Positions 1 through 14,080 are shown, counted from the first letter of the stretch. The stretch: 64,000 bases of DNA from Octopus vulgaris (GCA_951406725.2 OX597814.1:39246001-39310000), one strand, 5' to 3'. The notes: generated by a model from the sequence alone, not told the origin. Made by a program: numbers and translations.

Positions 1-24
1 GCTTGTATGTATATGAATAATAAT

Positions 25-232
25 AAGAATCATTTCTACTACAGGCATAGGCCTGACATTTTGCGGAAGGGGACATATCGATTACATCGACCCCGGTGTT
101 TCACTGTTAATTAACTCATCGATCCGAAAGTATGGAAAGCAAAGACGGCCTCGTCGGAACTTGAACACAGAACGTAACGACGAAAGAAATGCCACTAAGC
201 ATTTCGCCCTTATGCTAACTATTCTGCCAGCT
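25..232 (-). mobile_element. tRNA-derived SINE, family A (degenerate copy)
   Basis: Reverse complement aligns by eye to the copy at 18466-18697 (agctggcagaa..ttagca..gggcgaaatg, ggggtcgatgtaatcga). Confidence 0.75.
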
Positions 233-234
233 GG

Positions 235-261
235 CTACTTACTACTACTACTACTACAACC

Positions 262-292
<31 letters not shown>

Positions 293-418
293 AGGATGAA
301 GCGGATGATGATGTTGATGATGAGGATGATGATGATGATGATGAGGATGATGTTGATGATGATGATGATGATGATGATGAGAAGGAGGAGGAGGAGGAAG
401 AGGAGGAAGAGGAGGATA
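235..418. repeat. Compound trinucleotide microsatellite (CTA)n(CTG)n(GAT)n(GAG)n
   Basis: Seen directly; explains the poly-L/M/R ORF 161..439. Confidence 0.95.
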
Positions 419-427
419 GATACTTTG

Positions 428-900
428 ATGCAGTATTAGGCAGTGACTCTCATGACTTCTGATCTTAACTGATTGGAAGTGTTAACATGTACATGATTTG
501 TCTTGATGTAAAAGATGGACTACAACAAATATTCTACTCAACACTGCAGATTTGACTGACAGTCGCTTGACCAATTGCAGCTGAGCATGTCCCTCAGTAA
601 CTGACTATATGTACATCACTGATCACGAGCAGGAATAGTAGGGAAAGGCCACAGCCCTGCGTTGAGAGTGATTCTTTAGTATTTGAATACTTCACACTTG
701 CAATCTGATTGTCCTTCTTAATTCTTGCTATTACAACAGCCTTGTATCCATTCACAAACCTACTGATTATGGCGACTTCCTCGGTATCCAACATTCTTAC
801 GATGACGTCATCCGCGCACGTCAATAGAGATCTCTTGTCTCTCAGTACTTCCTGCTTATGTGCGTATTTGCTTGAGCGGTATTGCATGAATAATTCATGA
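428..900 (-). mobile_element. Possible decayed non-LTR retrotransposon RT fragment
   Basis: Minus-strand ORF 594..887 contains LTCADDV, resembling the RT (Y/F)ADD motif; no other motif confirmed. Confidence 0.3.
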
Positions 901-1657
901 GTGATAGGACACTGCTAGCAGACGAACGGTGTGATTATACGCATTCCCTATGGGCGGTCTGTTAATTTAACCACCGGACAGATGGCTTGCACATAAAATC
1001 AAATCAATCTTTGAAAACTAACTGCCCCAATGACAGCTGCTCTCTATCGAAGACCTACCTTATTATAGATCGCACAATATATCTAGTTTTCTAGACTAAA
1101 ATATATACTTACCTCAGCTGTTCAAAGCCAAAGAATTCCTGACATTAGAAAGTTTAAAATGTACAATGGTTGTAATATGTGCTCCTGAAATTATATAACT
1201 AACGAAAGAATTCCTTTGCGATTGCTAGAAATAGCAACCAGATTTTCCATAACGCGCTCCCGAACATCATTCAACAAGAAAAGTCCAGCCAATTATACGT
1301 AAAAACTAGGTGGGGTGATGAAGGTTGTGTGACTATAATTATATGTCAGCTCGATCAAAAACACAAGCCGAACATGCAACACATAATAATGAAAACCTAT
1401 CACAGAACAAACAGCTAACTATCGGAGCAGTCCAAAATATTAATCCTAAACCTATTGATGCCAACAAATCTAACACGCTTATCAAATATATATATCTATA
1501 ACAATACAAAACAAAAGCGATTGTTTTATTAAACGATACAAGCAAAAAAAAAATGATGTACAATAACGTTAGAAACAGATACATGGAAACTACAATAATA
1601 TAATTATTAATGGTGCTAGAGACTTACACATATCTAATATCGATTTCACAGGAACAT

Positions 1658-1720
<63 letters not shown>

Positions 1721-2184
1721 AGGAAGAAGTAAAAGTCAATTGAGTGAGCTGTGCTTCAAAGCTGATACTTTCAGTTATCGAGATAAAACGCAAAACCCAA
1801 ACTGACGCTGGAGAAAACTCTTGAAAAATAATATAAATAATGATTATAACAATGACTTGAATAGTATGACCAATTATTTCTAAAACTGTCTCAAAGCAAC
1901 ATTTAATCGATTTAATCAGTGAAGTATTTAGATGGTACTTATTCTAGCGAATCCGGAAGGAAGAACGTTAGAGTTGCTGCAAGGATAGGATATGAATACA
2001 TACTGCAAAGGTACATAGATACATATCACGATAGTTTCAATGTATCAAGTTACAGAGTCCCTCAGCTCAGTAAAATAATACATATTGTTCTGCTACATAA
2101 TTAGTATGTAACGAAATCTAAGACCCATCTATTATACACACATTTCTTTATACACATTTCAAATACGCTGAGAAATAAATTATT

Positions 2185-2342
2185 GATGTAGGAGTTGCTG
2201 TGTGGTAAGTAGCTTGCTTACGAACGACATGGTTCCGGGTTCAGTCTCGCTGCGTGGCACCTTGGGCAAGTGTCTTCTACTATAGCCTCGGGCTGACCAA
2301 AGACTTGTGAGTGGATTTGGTAGAAAGAAGCCAATCGTATAA

Positions 2343-2388
<46 letters not shown>

Positions 2389-2611
2389 GTGTGTTTATAT
2401 GTTTCTGTGTCTGTGTTTATCCCCCACCCCCAACATCACTTGACAAGCGATGCTGGTGTGCTTACGTCCCACTAACTTAGCGGTTCCACAAAAGAGACCG
2501 ATAGAATAAGTACTAGGCTTACAAAGAATAAGTCTTGGGGTCGATTTGCTCGACTAAAAGGTGGTGCACCAGCACGGCCAGAGTCAAATGACTGAAACAA
2601 GTAAAAGAGTA
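2185..2611 (+). mobile_element. tRNA-derived SINE, family B (CORE-like body, internal TA/TG microsatellite)
   Basis: B-box-like gggttcagtc, ccttgggcaagtgtctt body, 3' tail actgaaacaagtaaaagag; near-identical copies at 17452, 44139 and 59983. Confidence 0.9.
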
Positions 2612-3404
2612 TATGTGTTTACTAGAAATCGTAAATCAGGGATGCAGCTAACATTCTGGGTTAAAGTCAAACCAAAGCTCCTTTAATTTGCAGTGTATTA
2701 CTGTTCTCTCAGCCATTACCAATGACGACGTAACGTAGCTGTATAATATAGATTATGTCTTCGATTCTGCTCCATAGTCAAATGTCTTTAAATTGGTAAA
2801 TATATTCTCCCCCGAATAGAAATAATAATTTCAATATATTTTTCAAAAATGTTTATGCTACACACACAAAGGAGAGGGTAAAGTATAATAATTCATATAT
2901 GTTGCTCTTTCTATGAGATTTTAGCTGTTGGGAAAGCGGTAAAAATAACAGGCATCACCTTTCAAGATGCAATAGATATAAAGCTCATAACAAAGAATAT
3001 ATATTTTCGTTCTTACTCTCTTAATGACCTGGTAATTTCAGAACTACTTATGTTGATGTCTTTGCTCGCCACTAAAAGAACATATATGTGCACTTTACAC
3101 TATCTCAAGCGTTAAATACTTGAGAAATACTAAAAAAGACAATTTCAAAGCAAATTCTGTATTTCTTGGTTCGTTATAGCCTTTCAACAATCTTATAGGT
3201 TTCCAAAAACCGTGTAATTTCTATAGTTACACTGGATATGTGTGTGAGTGTGTGTGTGTGTATGTGTATGTGTGTGTGTGTGTGTGTGTTTGTAAGATTG
3301 TGCATGTGTCCTTGTGGGAATATGTATACACCTAAGTATATGTCTGCGTGTGTGCATGTGTGTGTTCATATATATATATATATTTGTGTATATATATATA
3401 TATT

Positions 3405-3447
<43 letters not shown>

Positions 3448-5164
3448 ATATTGCCTTATGTGCATAAGTTAATATCTTATTAAGGAATTTTTATTCAAAC
3501 ACACACACGCACACACATATATATATATATATTTGCATGTATGTGATGCGTGTATGTGCACATGTCTGCATCTGCATATGTGTGTGTATGTGCTCACACA
3601 CAAATACATTGCGAACATAGACAGAAAGCTTTTGATAAATAACTATCAAATATCAAGCCATAACTTGCTTATAGATTGATGAATATGTTATCAAATTTGA
3701 AATATTACATCTGTAATATATCTTTTTTAAATATCCTTTATTGAAAATGACAATTTCTCTATTACGGAGTAAAAAATATTTTTCAAAAATGAATGAAGAA
3801 AGCCTTTTTATATCAAAAGAATAAATGCAATGATCTATCGACTAGTGGGCTATAAAATATTTATGTCTGGCGATAAATAAGATATCGTATTTGTGACATT
3901 CATCTGGTACATTGATGGAGATCTGTTATATAATTTAGTATATATAGAATGAAACTACTATATTTTCTGATGACTTTGGGGAAGCGAATAATGTTAAGCA
4001 AGTGATCAGGAGCAGAGAGATAGAAGGCTGCAGTGTTTCTTGTGTTGCTGTCTCTGTTCTTGCTGTTGATGATGATTATCATGGCGGTGGTGTTGATGAA
4101 AATCAATAATAAGATATGTTGTCACAACAATGTGTTTTCACGAGACATGTCATTAATCTTTTAGAGAAATCTATTTAACTATGTTGCATCTCATTTATAC
4201 GTAGAGGTCCCTGGTCTATTTCCTTTCGACCAGGTATCATCTTTCGAATAATTTGTTGAAAATATAAAGTGAGCACTCTATCAAAGATTCAATGGCTGAT
4301 TATGACTTTTCTTTTAAATATTTCTGGGTTACAGAGAAATATTTCAATAGTGATGTATATATACTTATCGTCTTCACATAAAAATTATTGACTTTATTTA
4401 TCTGTATATAAACAGTAAAGAAAATCTAAAGCGTTTTATCCTCAGTTACCAGCACGTATAAAAACTAACCCATGAATCTCACCATAGGAATACTATTTAA
4501 GGAACACTTATAATATGGAGTGGTAACACGAAGAAATATGGAAAAGCATATAGGTCATATTTATACAGAGATACTAATAAATAAATATATGTGAAGTAAA
4601 AGCAGCTATAGTATAATGAATACAATTAACAACATATACTTAAAGTATATGCTTGGTGTCTTTCTCGGAGACTGCAATGGCGTAGGGAAATGTATACACT
4701 CTCAATGCGCCGGGCGTTAAAAGAACCTCGAAGTCATAGACAGGTGAGGTACCTCATCCTCACTCCCATTTGCGAGCGATGGAAACCGATGTAGAGTTGC
4801 TTTTACATTATACGCAGATTTTCTCCTACGTTTGCAATCTCTGTGCATGCCGTATATGGTTTTACAAGCCGTGAGCATAAAAGTTGTGGAATGGCTAGGT
4901 GACTTGCCTTCAACCCTAGCTACAAAAATCGCAAAGCATCGGTGTCTATCACAACCAGATGGGTTTAATTGTGAGTTACGTCACCTCTCCATGGCTCTAA
5001 GCTATTTTAACGCCCAGAGATTTAAGACTTTATATATATTCCACCACGCTATTGCGGTTACCGGAGAAAAAAAAAACATACGTTAAGTATATGTGGTTAT
5101 TATTATTTAATATACTTGGGAAGCTTTTACATTCTCTCTCTTTATGTTTTTTATTTCTCTCCAC

Positions 5165-5337
5165 AACGCTTTGTGTGGTATTGTCTTTACATCTCCGTAA
5201 TCCCCGAAACTTAGCAGTTCAGCAAAACACATCCATAGAATAAGTACATGGATTCAAAAATAAGTCCTGAGGTCGATTTATTCGACTAAAATTTCTTCAA
5301 CGCAGAGCCCCAGCATGGCTGTAGTCTAGTAACTGAT
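5165..5337 (+). mobile_element. SINE family B, 3' half (degenerate)
   Basis: aacttagcagttcagcaaaa..atagaataagtac..gaggtcgatttattcgactaaa..cagcatggc matches the family B 3' region. Confidence 0.65.
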
Positions 5338-5744
5338 CAGACGACGTTTATTTGATAGTAGAGTAGGCTAATGGACAGCACATACAGTTGATCACAATAA
5401 GCAAATAATTTCTGTAGACCGTTCGCCAAAGAGCTGAACTCCATTATGTCGTTCTCGACGGGAGAGTCAATCGGGAGAGAACTACAATAAATAAGGAACA
5501 GATCCGTTTCTCACAGTACAGACAGATCCCTCTGAGTGAATACATAAAGAGATGTGCAGGTAATTTCCAACCACACTTTACAGTTTTCCCTATGTAGCAG
5601 CGTAAAGAAACAATTTCAGTACAAGAACGTTTAAATAAAGAAAATTTATTCATCGAATAACACAATCAAAAGCACAAGCATATATATATATATAAACACA
5701 CACACATAGAAACGTGCACATAGACACACGCACACAATAATTTG

Positions 5745-5998
5745 AACTCTAAGTCCCTTAAACCACTGGAACCATGAGAGACTAACCCAGAAGCAAAGCA
5801 AACGCCATGATAGATCGTTAGCTCCTAGACGCATTTTTTTCTCTCCTTGTTTCTCCCTTGTTTTTTTCTGTGTATCTTTCTGTCGAAGAGCGTAGGCTCG
5901 AAACGTAAAAGACTTTTTCTATTTCTATACTAATACATTTGTTTGTTTGTACTCCACCTGCCTTCGTCTTTTTTTTAATTTCGTAAACTTTACCGTTA
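5745..5998 (+). mobile_element. Penelope-type terminal repeat (solo pLTR)
   Basis: Similar to the 3' terminus of the Penelope-like element at 9960-10130 (gaagagcg.aggctcgaaacgtaaaagact...cttcgtctttt); ends in (TA)n. Confidence 0.7.
5875..5912 (+). ncRNA. Minimal type I hammerhead-like motif, A6U core variant
   Basis: tcttt-CTGTCGA-A-gagc(gtag)gctc-GAAA-C-GTA-aaaga: perfect stems I and II, loopless palindromic stem III (ACGT). Confidence 0.55.
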
Positions 5999-6074
5999 TA
6001 TATATATATATCACTCCTTTACTTGTTTTAGTAAAGGGGCTAAACTGATGCTGGAGCACCACCGTAATCTTACT

Positions 6075-6600
6075 GATTTCCTCATACTCCTGTATGTGCC
6101 TTTATCCCAGTTGTTGGCCTATTTGGTATATAAGGATGTTTGTATCCGCTGCCCTCGTCTGTAACTCAAGTAGGGCTGTTGGCTCATCCGGTATTGTGGA
6201 TAGGAGGATGTCTTTTTCCTTTTTGAAGGCATCTACTTACACTTTATGCAGATTTCTTAATTTTTGTGATAGGGCATTGGATATCTGTGGGATTTTGAAC
6301 CCTATAGTATTGCAGTACCTCGTCCTGAATTTACATACATTGGATGGTACCTTTGGTACAATACAATGGCGGCTATTTCTTGCATTTGTATAAAACTCAA
6401 TGCCGAAATTAGGCACTAGCCCTTCTTGAGTTTTCCATTTGTAGATTGTATTTCGTATCTCTTGTGCCTTAAGTACAGGGAGTAAAGTTGCAGTTTTCTC
6501 AGCCTAATTAAGTAGCTCTTCCATTGCACTCTTTCATACTTTTTAGTGTAGTTGCGTTGTATTGCTTCAAGCTCCGCTGTTAGTTTGGCACTGTAAACAG
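6075..6600 (-). mobile_element. CR1-like LINE ORF2 C-terminal fragment (decayed)
   Basis: LEAIQRNYTKK..SYLIRLRKLQLYSLYLRHKRY (ORF 6416..6700) parallels VEAPQRAITKK..DYWGRLEKLKLYSLQRRRERY in ORF 58314..59681; downstream LLSTIPDEP parallels FLQEIPDKP. Confidence 0.75.
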
Positions 6601-7121
6601 AGAGGCAGAAAAAGGGTGAGGTTGATAGGTGATTGTGAACCAAGATGTATTTAAGAATATTTCTTGTGGTGTATGTAGTTGTTTGTGGGATTTTGCACAT
6701 TCAATGATACTGTTGAGCTGTAAAAGGTTATTCCATAAGCCATATAACGTAGACTTGATTTTGTCATCAGAAATATTGTGTGCGCAAATAGGCCAAGGAT
6801 GAACAATTGAAATAAGCGATCGCTTTAAATATGATTAAGGAATTATAGTACGTAATTCTAGACCGCTAAATATTCATATATAATGTTGGTGCGTGTACTA
6901 TTTTCTCAATGACACTATATCAGCAGGGTTTACATTATTCTGATCTATATTTCTTTAAACAACTAAGAGTTATTTTTACATAGACTTCCTCGCCCTCGTA
7001 CTTCTTCATGGAAACACTGGGGTATATCCATATTCTTGCATGCATTTCAGTACCGTCTATATCAATCGAGGAATATTGATCAATTGCTTCAAAGTAATTT
7101 CCCTAATTATTACTGAGTTAA

Positions 7122-7163
<42 letters not shown>

Positions 7164-7712
7164 ATTCAAATACATACACACATCGCTCGCTCAAACACGT
7201 TATAAACGTGCATACAAAAGAAAAGCAATCATCATTAACTTTATGCTAAAAGTAGATAAAATTAACCAATCACTATGACGTGCTCATAAATATTTAAGAA
7301 GTCTATAGTAATTTTGTTATATTCTCTGTAAAACATAAATATCTTGGAGCATAAAAGATAATGAGTTTTATTTTTCAATGGTTTTCATTTATTGCTTTGC
7401 ATTTATCTCTGTTCCAAACATACATACTTGTAGTCTTCGAGTTGTAGTCGTTATAGAGTAAGAATTGTTTAATCACAACTTACATTTTCGCAATATAATA
7501 AAACACTGATTAGCTCTCCGTAGGAAAATGTTTCCTGTGCAATGTCATAGGAATATCATTACATATATTTTGTATATGTAAGGTTGCATATACGTTAGAT
7601 AAAATCGCAACTACTCCACGAGCATAGATTGAAGACATGATTCATCAATGTATATATATATATGTGTGTGTGTATGTATGTATGTATGTATGTATATATA
7701 CACAAACCCAAA

Positions 7713-7745
<33 letters not shown>

Positions 7746-7769
7746 TATATCCACAACACTCCATCTACA

Positions 7770-10130
7770 TCAAACGAAAAGAAATGCTTCACCGATTTGG
7801 ACCGCCGACCATCCCATTGGACGCTAGCTACTGGCCAGTTCCTAGCCGTTGATCATTTTGCAGGCATCTGTGAATATATTGTGGACCAGTTTAATTTTCA
7901 CAGGCGTTCCTGACATCTGAACAACTACCCAACCGAACTCTCGGCACTTCGATGTTTCCGACACCGCAGATGCTTTATCATTAATCCGGCCGACATCGGT
8001 GGAGCCTTGGTGGTGTGGTACGCAGACCTCTACAAAGCCGAAGCTCTTCGCCGACTTCAAGACACCTACTTCTATTGCCCTTTGCCTTCCAACCCAACGC
8101 CTATTACACAACAGACTGTGTCCTCCACCATCCATGACCTCATCTCTTCCTACCGTCTTCCTCTCACCGTCTCCAACCTCATTGTCCGCACTCCACGCAA
8201 CTCCAGCATTTACTTCCTTCCGCAAATCCCCTAATCCAACAAGGCTGGCCGGCACATCGTCTCCGTCTGTAACTACTCCACGGAACTGACCTCGAAACAC
8301 CTCGACCGTGTCCATACCCCCGTAGTGGCTTCCTTCTCACACATCCACAACATTAACAATGCTCTTCCTGGCCCCTCTAAACGTTTCTTCACTCTGATAT
8401 CAAGAGTCTACATACGGTGATCCCTCATCACGAAGAACTGCTTGTCCCCTGCTTCTCGTTCGTGAGTGAATTTTACCAAAGTATCGGGATTGGTCATGGG
8501 AACGAGAATCGGCCCCAGCTATGAGAAACTGTTTGTTGCCTACATTGAGGATCAAATATTTTCAAGAGTCACTGGCCCCACTCCAGCACTATACGGTCCT
8601 TATATTGATGACTGTATCGGTGCAACCTCCCGCTCCCGCGAACAACTATACTCCTTCCTCTCTTTGGTCCCGTCCTTCCATCCTGCCCTTCAATTCTCCT
8701 GCACCATTTCCAACACTTCCGTCGCCTTTCTCGATATATCAGTCAACATACACAACTCCGCTCGTACTACATCCATGTAATAAAAACACAGCGACTTACA
8801 CTCATACCTCAACTTCTTCTTCTCCCCCCACCTTACACAAACCAAGCTCTCCATCCTCTACTCCTAATTCCTCCGTCTGCGTAGGCTCTGCAGTGATAAC
8901 CATGACTTTGAGACTCAGTCTCAACTCAGTCTCAAATTCATCCTTCGTGGATATTCCCTCACCACTATCCATAACTTGCAAGAGCACTTTCCGTGTATCG
9001 TGCCTCTGTTCTCTCTCCCCGCACCCGCCCCACCATTAGCCGTCTCCCTTTTCCCCCACCTATCACCCCTCCATTCTAACGTACCATTCTCCGAGCCTTC
9101 CGGCGACTCCAGTCCGACACCTCCACTTCGCACATCTTCCCCAAACGAGCGCGCAACCTACGTGACATCTTTGTACACTGTATCTTCCCTAACCCCACCT
9201 CCAAAATTTTGGGTCGTTCTCCTGCTCCCGCTCATGCTGCCACACTTTCCCCTACCTCTCCAACACTACCATCCTCACAAGCACCTATCATCGTTTCTAT
9301 CTGATTTCTTTATCTGCACTTCTAGCAAAATCATTTATTGCATTTGTTGCTGTTTCTGTCCTTCTCTGTACATCGGTCAAACGGGACGCCGTTTGGCTGA
9401 CCGGTACGCGGAGCACCTCCAAGACATTAGATTCGGCAATGAAAATCCGGCCTCGCGCTATTTCCGCTCTACCGGTCATTTATTACAACACCTGTCTTAG
9501 TTTGAAATGTCTCTGCACAGGGGCCAACCGGACTCCCGCTGTCGCCGTGAACAGGAAATAATCATCTCTCTACGATCATTTCTGCCACATTACTCAACTC
9601 TCATCCCCTCTTCATCTAACTCCCCTCCTCTCCTCTCATCATCTGACACCTACTTCCTCTCTTCACTCCTACCCAAACTCTACCTTCATCGATACCTACT
9701 CCATCCAACTCTACTCCCACACACCTCACTCCCACATACTCCGCCCCTACCATCACATCCACACCCTCACAAACCCATAACCCAACACCTCCGAAACGCA
9801 ACATACACAACCACATCACACCACCCCGCACACACTAGCACTGACCACTTTCCAGCACCCACATCATCCACACATTTTATCATCTCCCCTTCCTCCTAGC
9901 TCACCTGTCTAACTAACTTTGTCTATCCAGTCGCCATGATTAACGGCAAACTTCAAAAGCTTTCAGTTTCTTTATTATCTCTGATTATTTGATCGTGTTC
10001 CATTCTGTTGAAGAGCGAAGGCTCGAAACGTAAAAGACTATTTACCTTCCCGAGCGTCAAACTATTACACCTTATTGTTGTTTATACAACTGTCTTCGTC
10101 TTTTGTTTTCCTGTAAAATTCAACTGTATA
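7770..10130 (+). mobile_element. Penelope-like element, frameshifted: RT + GIY-YIG, CA-rich 3' region, pLTR
   Basis: Fragmented frames give NPADIGGALVVW, GLVMGTRIGPSY, YGPYIDDCIG, VAFLDISV (RT) and IYCICC..CPSLYIGQTGRRLADRYAEHL (GIY-YIG); pLTR with HHR-like motif at ~10000. Confidence 0.9.
10000..10037 (+). ncRNA. Minimal hammerhead-like motif, A6U core variant
   Basis: CTGTTGA-A-gagc(gaag)gctc-GAAA-C-GTA-aaaga; stem I partly decayed. Confidence 0.5.
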
Positions 10131-10184
10131 TATATATATACACATATACATTCAGGAATATATATATATATATATATATATATA

Positions 10185-10558
10185 CTAGCAGTATCGCCCG
10201 GCGTTGCTCAGGTTTGTAAGGGAAATAACTATAAAGCATTTTTAGAGAGTTATAGCCAAAAAATAGCAAAAAAATGGAAAAAAATGATGGTAAATTTTTT
10301 TGAGAGTAAAAAAAGGTGGAGTTGCGTCCCCATGACAGTTTGCGGTTTGTGTTTCAGATTCTCGACCCCATGTCGAATTTATCGATTTTTTCAGAACTGG
10401 GGGAACTTTTCAAAATTTCCGCTGCGTTAGTTTTGAATTATGACATTGGGCTATGTGTGTGTCAAGTTTCATCAGAATCGGTTGAAAGCCGTGGTCAGGG
10501 TGAGGGTACAAGCAAACAGACACACAGAAACACGCACAGACAAACTGCCGTTTATATA

Positions 10559-10560
<2 letters not shown>
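10185..10560 (-). mobile_element. Non-autonomous Helitron-like element
   Basis: Minus strand starts TC(tatataaacggcag) and ends CTAG, with a subterminal GC hairpin (gcccggcgttgctcagg on +); sits between A and T in (TA)n without an evident TSD. Confidence 0.75.
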
Positions 10561-10585
<25 letters not shown>

Positions 10586-10590
<5 letters not shown>

Positions 10591-10817
10591 TGCAGCGTGG
10601 AAGTTGTTTGTAAGCCATTTAAGAAACAAAAGCCGTTCGATTCACTTCAACATTTAAGTTGAAAATATTTTGACAAAGTAAACTTAAATGTTGAAGTGAA
10701 TCGAACGGCTTTTGTGTGTTTCTTAAATGGCTTACAAACACCTTCCACGCTGCAATTGTTTTCGTTCCAGCACACGATCTCAGATCAAATCACTTGCTAT
10801 GCGAGTACATCTCCGTA
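10586..10817. mobile_element. Fold-back element family F: inverted arm + forward arm + ~58 bp tail
   Basis: 10586-10660 is the near-perfect reverse complement of ~10681-10759; same family at 20347 and 30552. Confidence 0.8.
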
Positions 10818-10852
<35 letters not shown>

Positions 10853-13702
10853 TACAAGTAATATTCATAGCCACTTTAACATCGCTGTCCGTTCGAGCGG
10901 AATCTACTGCAATTTTTTAGCCCCAAGAGGATATTTCCTTTACCTATTTAACGATGCACAGCTGCATCCGATGTATTGGCGAGCAGGGGGGTGAACCCCT
11001 TCTAGCCCAGTAAATATTGGTACGACAGAAAGATATAATTAGGTATATCTTCATTGTATTGTGTTTTAAATGTATTTTGTCTTAAATTTAGGTTTTACCT
11101 TGCTATATTGCCATATTGGATCTTTCGGTTATTTTAATGGTGTTCACTTTACAATCCACCGATTTTAATGGACGTACCTGTTAAATTAATACGAAATATT
11201 ATCCAAATTGACATTGTAAAACATAACAGAAATTTCAGCTGCACCAATATAGATAAGTATCGTTGTTATATCATGAGGCACTTGGTGCGATTGGAATAGA
11301 CACACCATATAAACACATGAACCAACATATTAGAATGATATTCATATATCACCATTCTAACTATTCATCTCATAAATTTACCGCGCACACACACACACAC
11401 TCACACATAGAAACGAAGAGACAAACAAACGCACACACATTTACTCTCTCTCACACATGCATGCCACTCAATCCTATATATTCATACAAGAATACACATA
11501 CATATATATCTTTATATAATATACATATAATACACATATATATTGATATATGTATGTATTATATGTGTGTATATGTGTGTGTAAACATATATAATATATG
11601 TGTGTGTATGTATGTACTTACGTATGTATATATATATGTATCCGTATGTGTATATATACGGGAAAATATTCCAAGTTCATATGAAAGCGATAGATTAATA
11701 GCAATCAAATTCAATTACCTGATGTGTAAGAATTCAGGTTTATTACTATGGTCATATTTACAACAAACGTCTGTGTTAGAATGTGGACACATAATTATTT
11801 AATCAATACATTACTAAGATATTACCAATAGGTAGATGTAACAAGGTTTGTGAGAAGTGTTATGTTGGGAATGTCAAATATAACTAATTTCTGTAACAAT
11901 ATATTATCCCTTTACGTGATTGCAACACTTTTTTTCAGGCTACACACCTACGAGAAATCAGATCCGTTTCCTTTTATATTGTATGTTGACGTATTTAACT
12001 TTATAATAAATTTTCTAATGTAGTCCATTCTTAGTGCATTGCATACTTTGTCTTCTTACGTTCTCTTCTAATTTAGAATACTAATTCATTCGTGATTATA
12101 CACACACACTCACAAACATACATACGCACACGCACACATACACACACACACATATAATTGCATGCATGTACTCGCAGCGTGTGTGTATGTGAGTGAAGGT
12201 GTGTGTGCCTGCATATATGTATGTGTGTGTGCATGTGTGCACGCACGCGCGCACATGTGTGTGTGTGTTTTCCTGCTAATACACCTTTGATAGCTAGAAG
12301 CCAAATCCTTCGCCCCATTTTCATGATTCGAAGCTAATGGGTGAGGAATGCTTAGGATTGAATTATATTTCATGTAATTTTCTCAGATAATCTTCGAGCA
12401 ATTCCCAGTAACCGGATGAACACCGACACGCTTAATTTCGCATGGAATAAGAATGAGAGATTTGCGAAAATTTTTAACACAAACAGTAAGAGTCGATAGC
12501 TAATTGCTTCAGATTCCTGTCTTCTTATGTGAGCATATTTGTTGAGCATAATCAGTCATTGATCTATGTCTTATAAAACTTGCACAGCCGAGTTATCGTT
12601 TGTATGAGTTATTATTTGCCATATGAAAAAGTCCCTTTTTTCATTCGTATTTTAATATTTATATATTCTTCTGAAACTGACATTTATTGGTGTAGCATAA
12701 CCATGAGAAAACTTACAGTCTCTAATTGCTTCTTTCTATTTTCTGAATTCACATTCCACTCTATTCAGTTTTGCCTTTCACTATTCTTATTCTTACTACA
12801 ACTTTACGCTGAATACTTATATTCTTCATTATCTATGGCCGACTGTGATTGTAGTAAATTGGTATAGGTAGCAATCCTAAAGAGAATATCATTATATTTA
12901 CTACTTTACAACGTAAATATTGCCACTCAGCTTTGTATTTGATTATATATGAAACATTTATGCCAAATATTCCTAGAAAATTTACTAATGATAGAGTAAT
13001 ATCCTTTAGGGAAGATTCTAAAACTCTCCCGCCCAAATTTGTAAGGTTTACGAATAGAGTGAATGAAAAAATATTACTTTAGATTTGCAGTGACAAATCA
13101 ACCAGGCACTGTTCACTTGGTATCGTTACCTCAAGCAAATGGTAGACGTAGCAACTCAATCTGACTGAAATCGCATCTGCTATTTTCGAAATGGATGGAC
13201 GAATTTTGCAATGTGTTTCGATATACGCTGCTTCTGAACAAGGAACAAACTTTTTCGAGCTGGGTGAAGTTTATTCATTAACCTGGTCGTTCGTAGCTGA
13301 CCTTGAATATACATTTAAAATAAAAGAATAATTCCCTTAGTGAACAACTTAATTTACTCTAACAACATGTAGTGATATCATATTTAACTATGTATAAGGA
13401 TGTCTTATCGTTATGATATGAATATCAGTACTGCATATCATGCCTAGCTTTGCACGTGGTGCTGAAATCAGGTCCTTATCAATATTTGTACCCTGTTGTC
13501 GCAAAAATCAGAGAAATATAAATTCAGTCCGTGCTGGCCAAGCTAATAATCTATCATAATTTCAGTTGTTCCAGCAGACCAGTTAGTCTAAAAGTTATTC
13601 ATACTAAGCGAAAATTACAATATGGGAAAGAAGTCAATAAATTTTGGCAAGTTTGGACTAGAACTTACAGTGTACATTATTATCATATTTGTTTATTTTG
13701 TA

Positions 13703-13890
13703 AGGCGGTGAACTGGCCGTACCGTTAGTACGTGAGCAAAATGCTTATTGGCATTTCGTCCGGAATTACGGTCTATGATCATATTCCACCGAGGTCGATT
13801 TTGCTTTCATTCTTTCAAGTACCAGTTTTGGACCGATCTAATCGAATCGACACTCCCACAAACTATTTACGTTGGGACAAAATTCGAAAC
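13703..13890 (+). mobile_element. SINE family A (degenerate)
   Basis: ggcggtgaactggc..cgttag..aaaatgctta..ccaccgaggtcgattttgctttcattcttt..aagtaccagtt. Confidence 0.7.
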
Positions 13891-14034
13891 CGATATTTAT
13901 CGCTTTTGCTTAATCATTTCAACATTAACATTTATGTTGCAATTATATTAGTGCAAATTACTAATGAAAAAAAAAATTGCATTATTTATATTAGTTACAT
14001 TTGACAGATATTTGTCCTCATTTTGTTTATTATT

Positions 14035-14080
14035 AACACAACGTTTCGGCTGATATACCCTCCAGCCTTCATCAGGTGTC
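14035..14080 (-). ncRNA. Minimal type I hammerhead ribozyme motif, canonical core
   Basis: gacac-CTGATGA-A-ggctg(gagggtatat)cagcc-GAAA-C-GTT-gtgtt; core intact, palindromic AACGTT stem III (dimer type). Confidence 0.75.
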
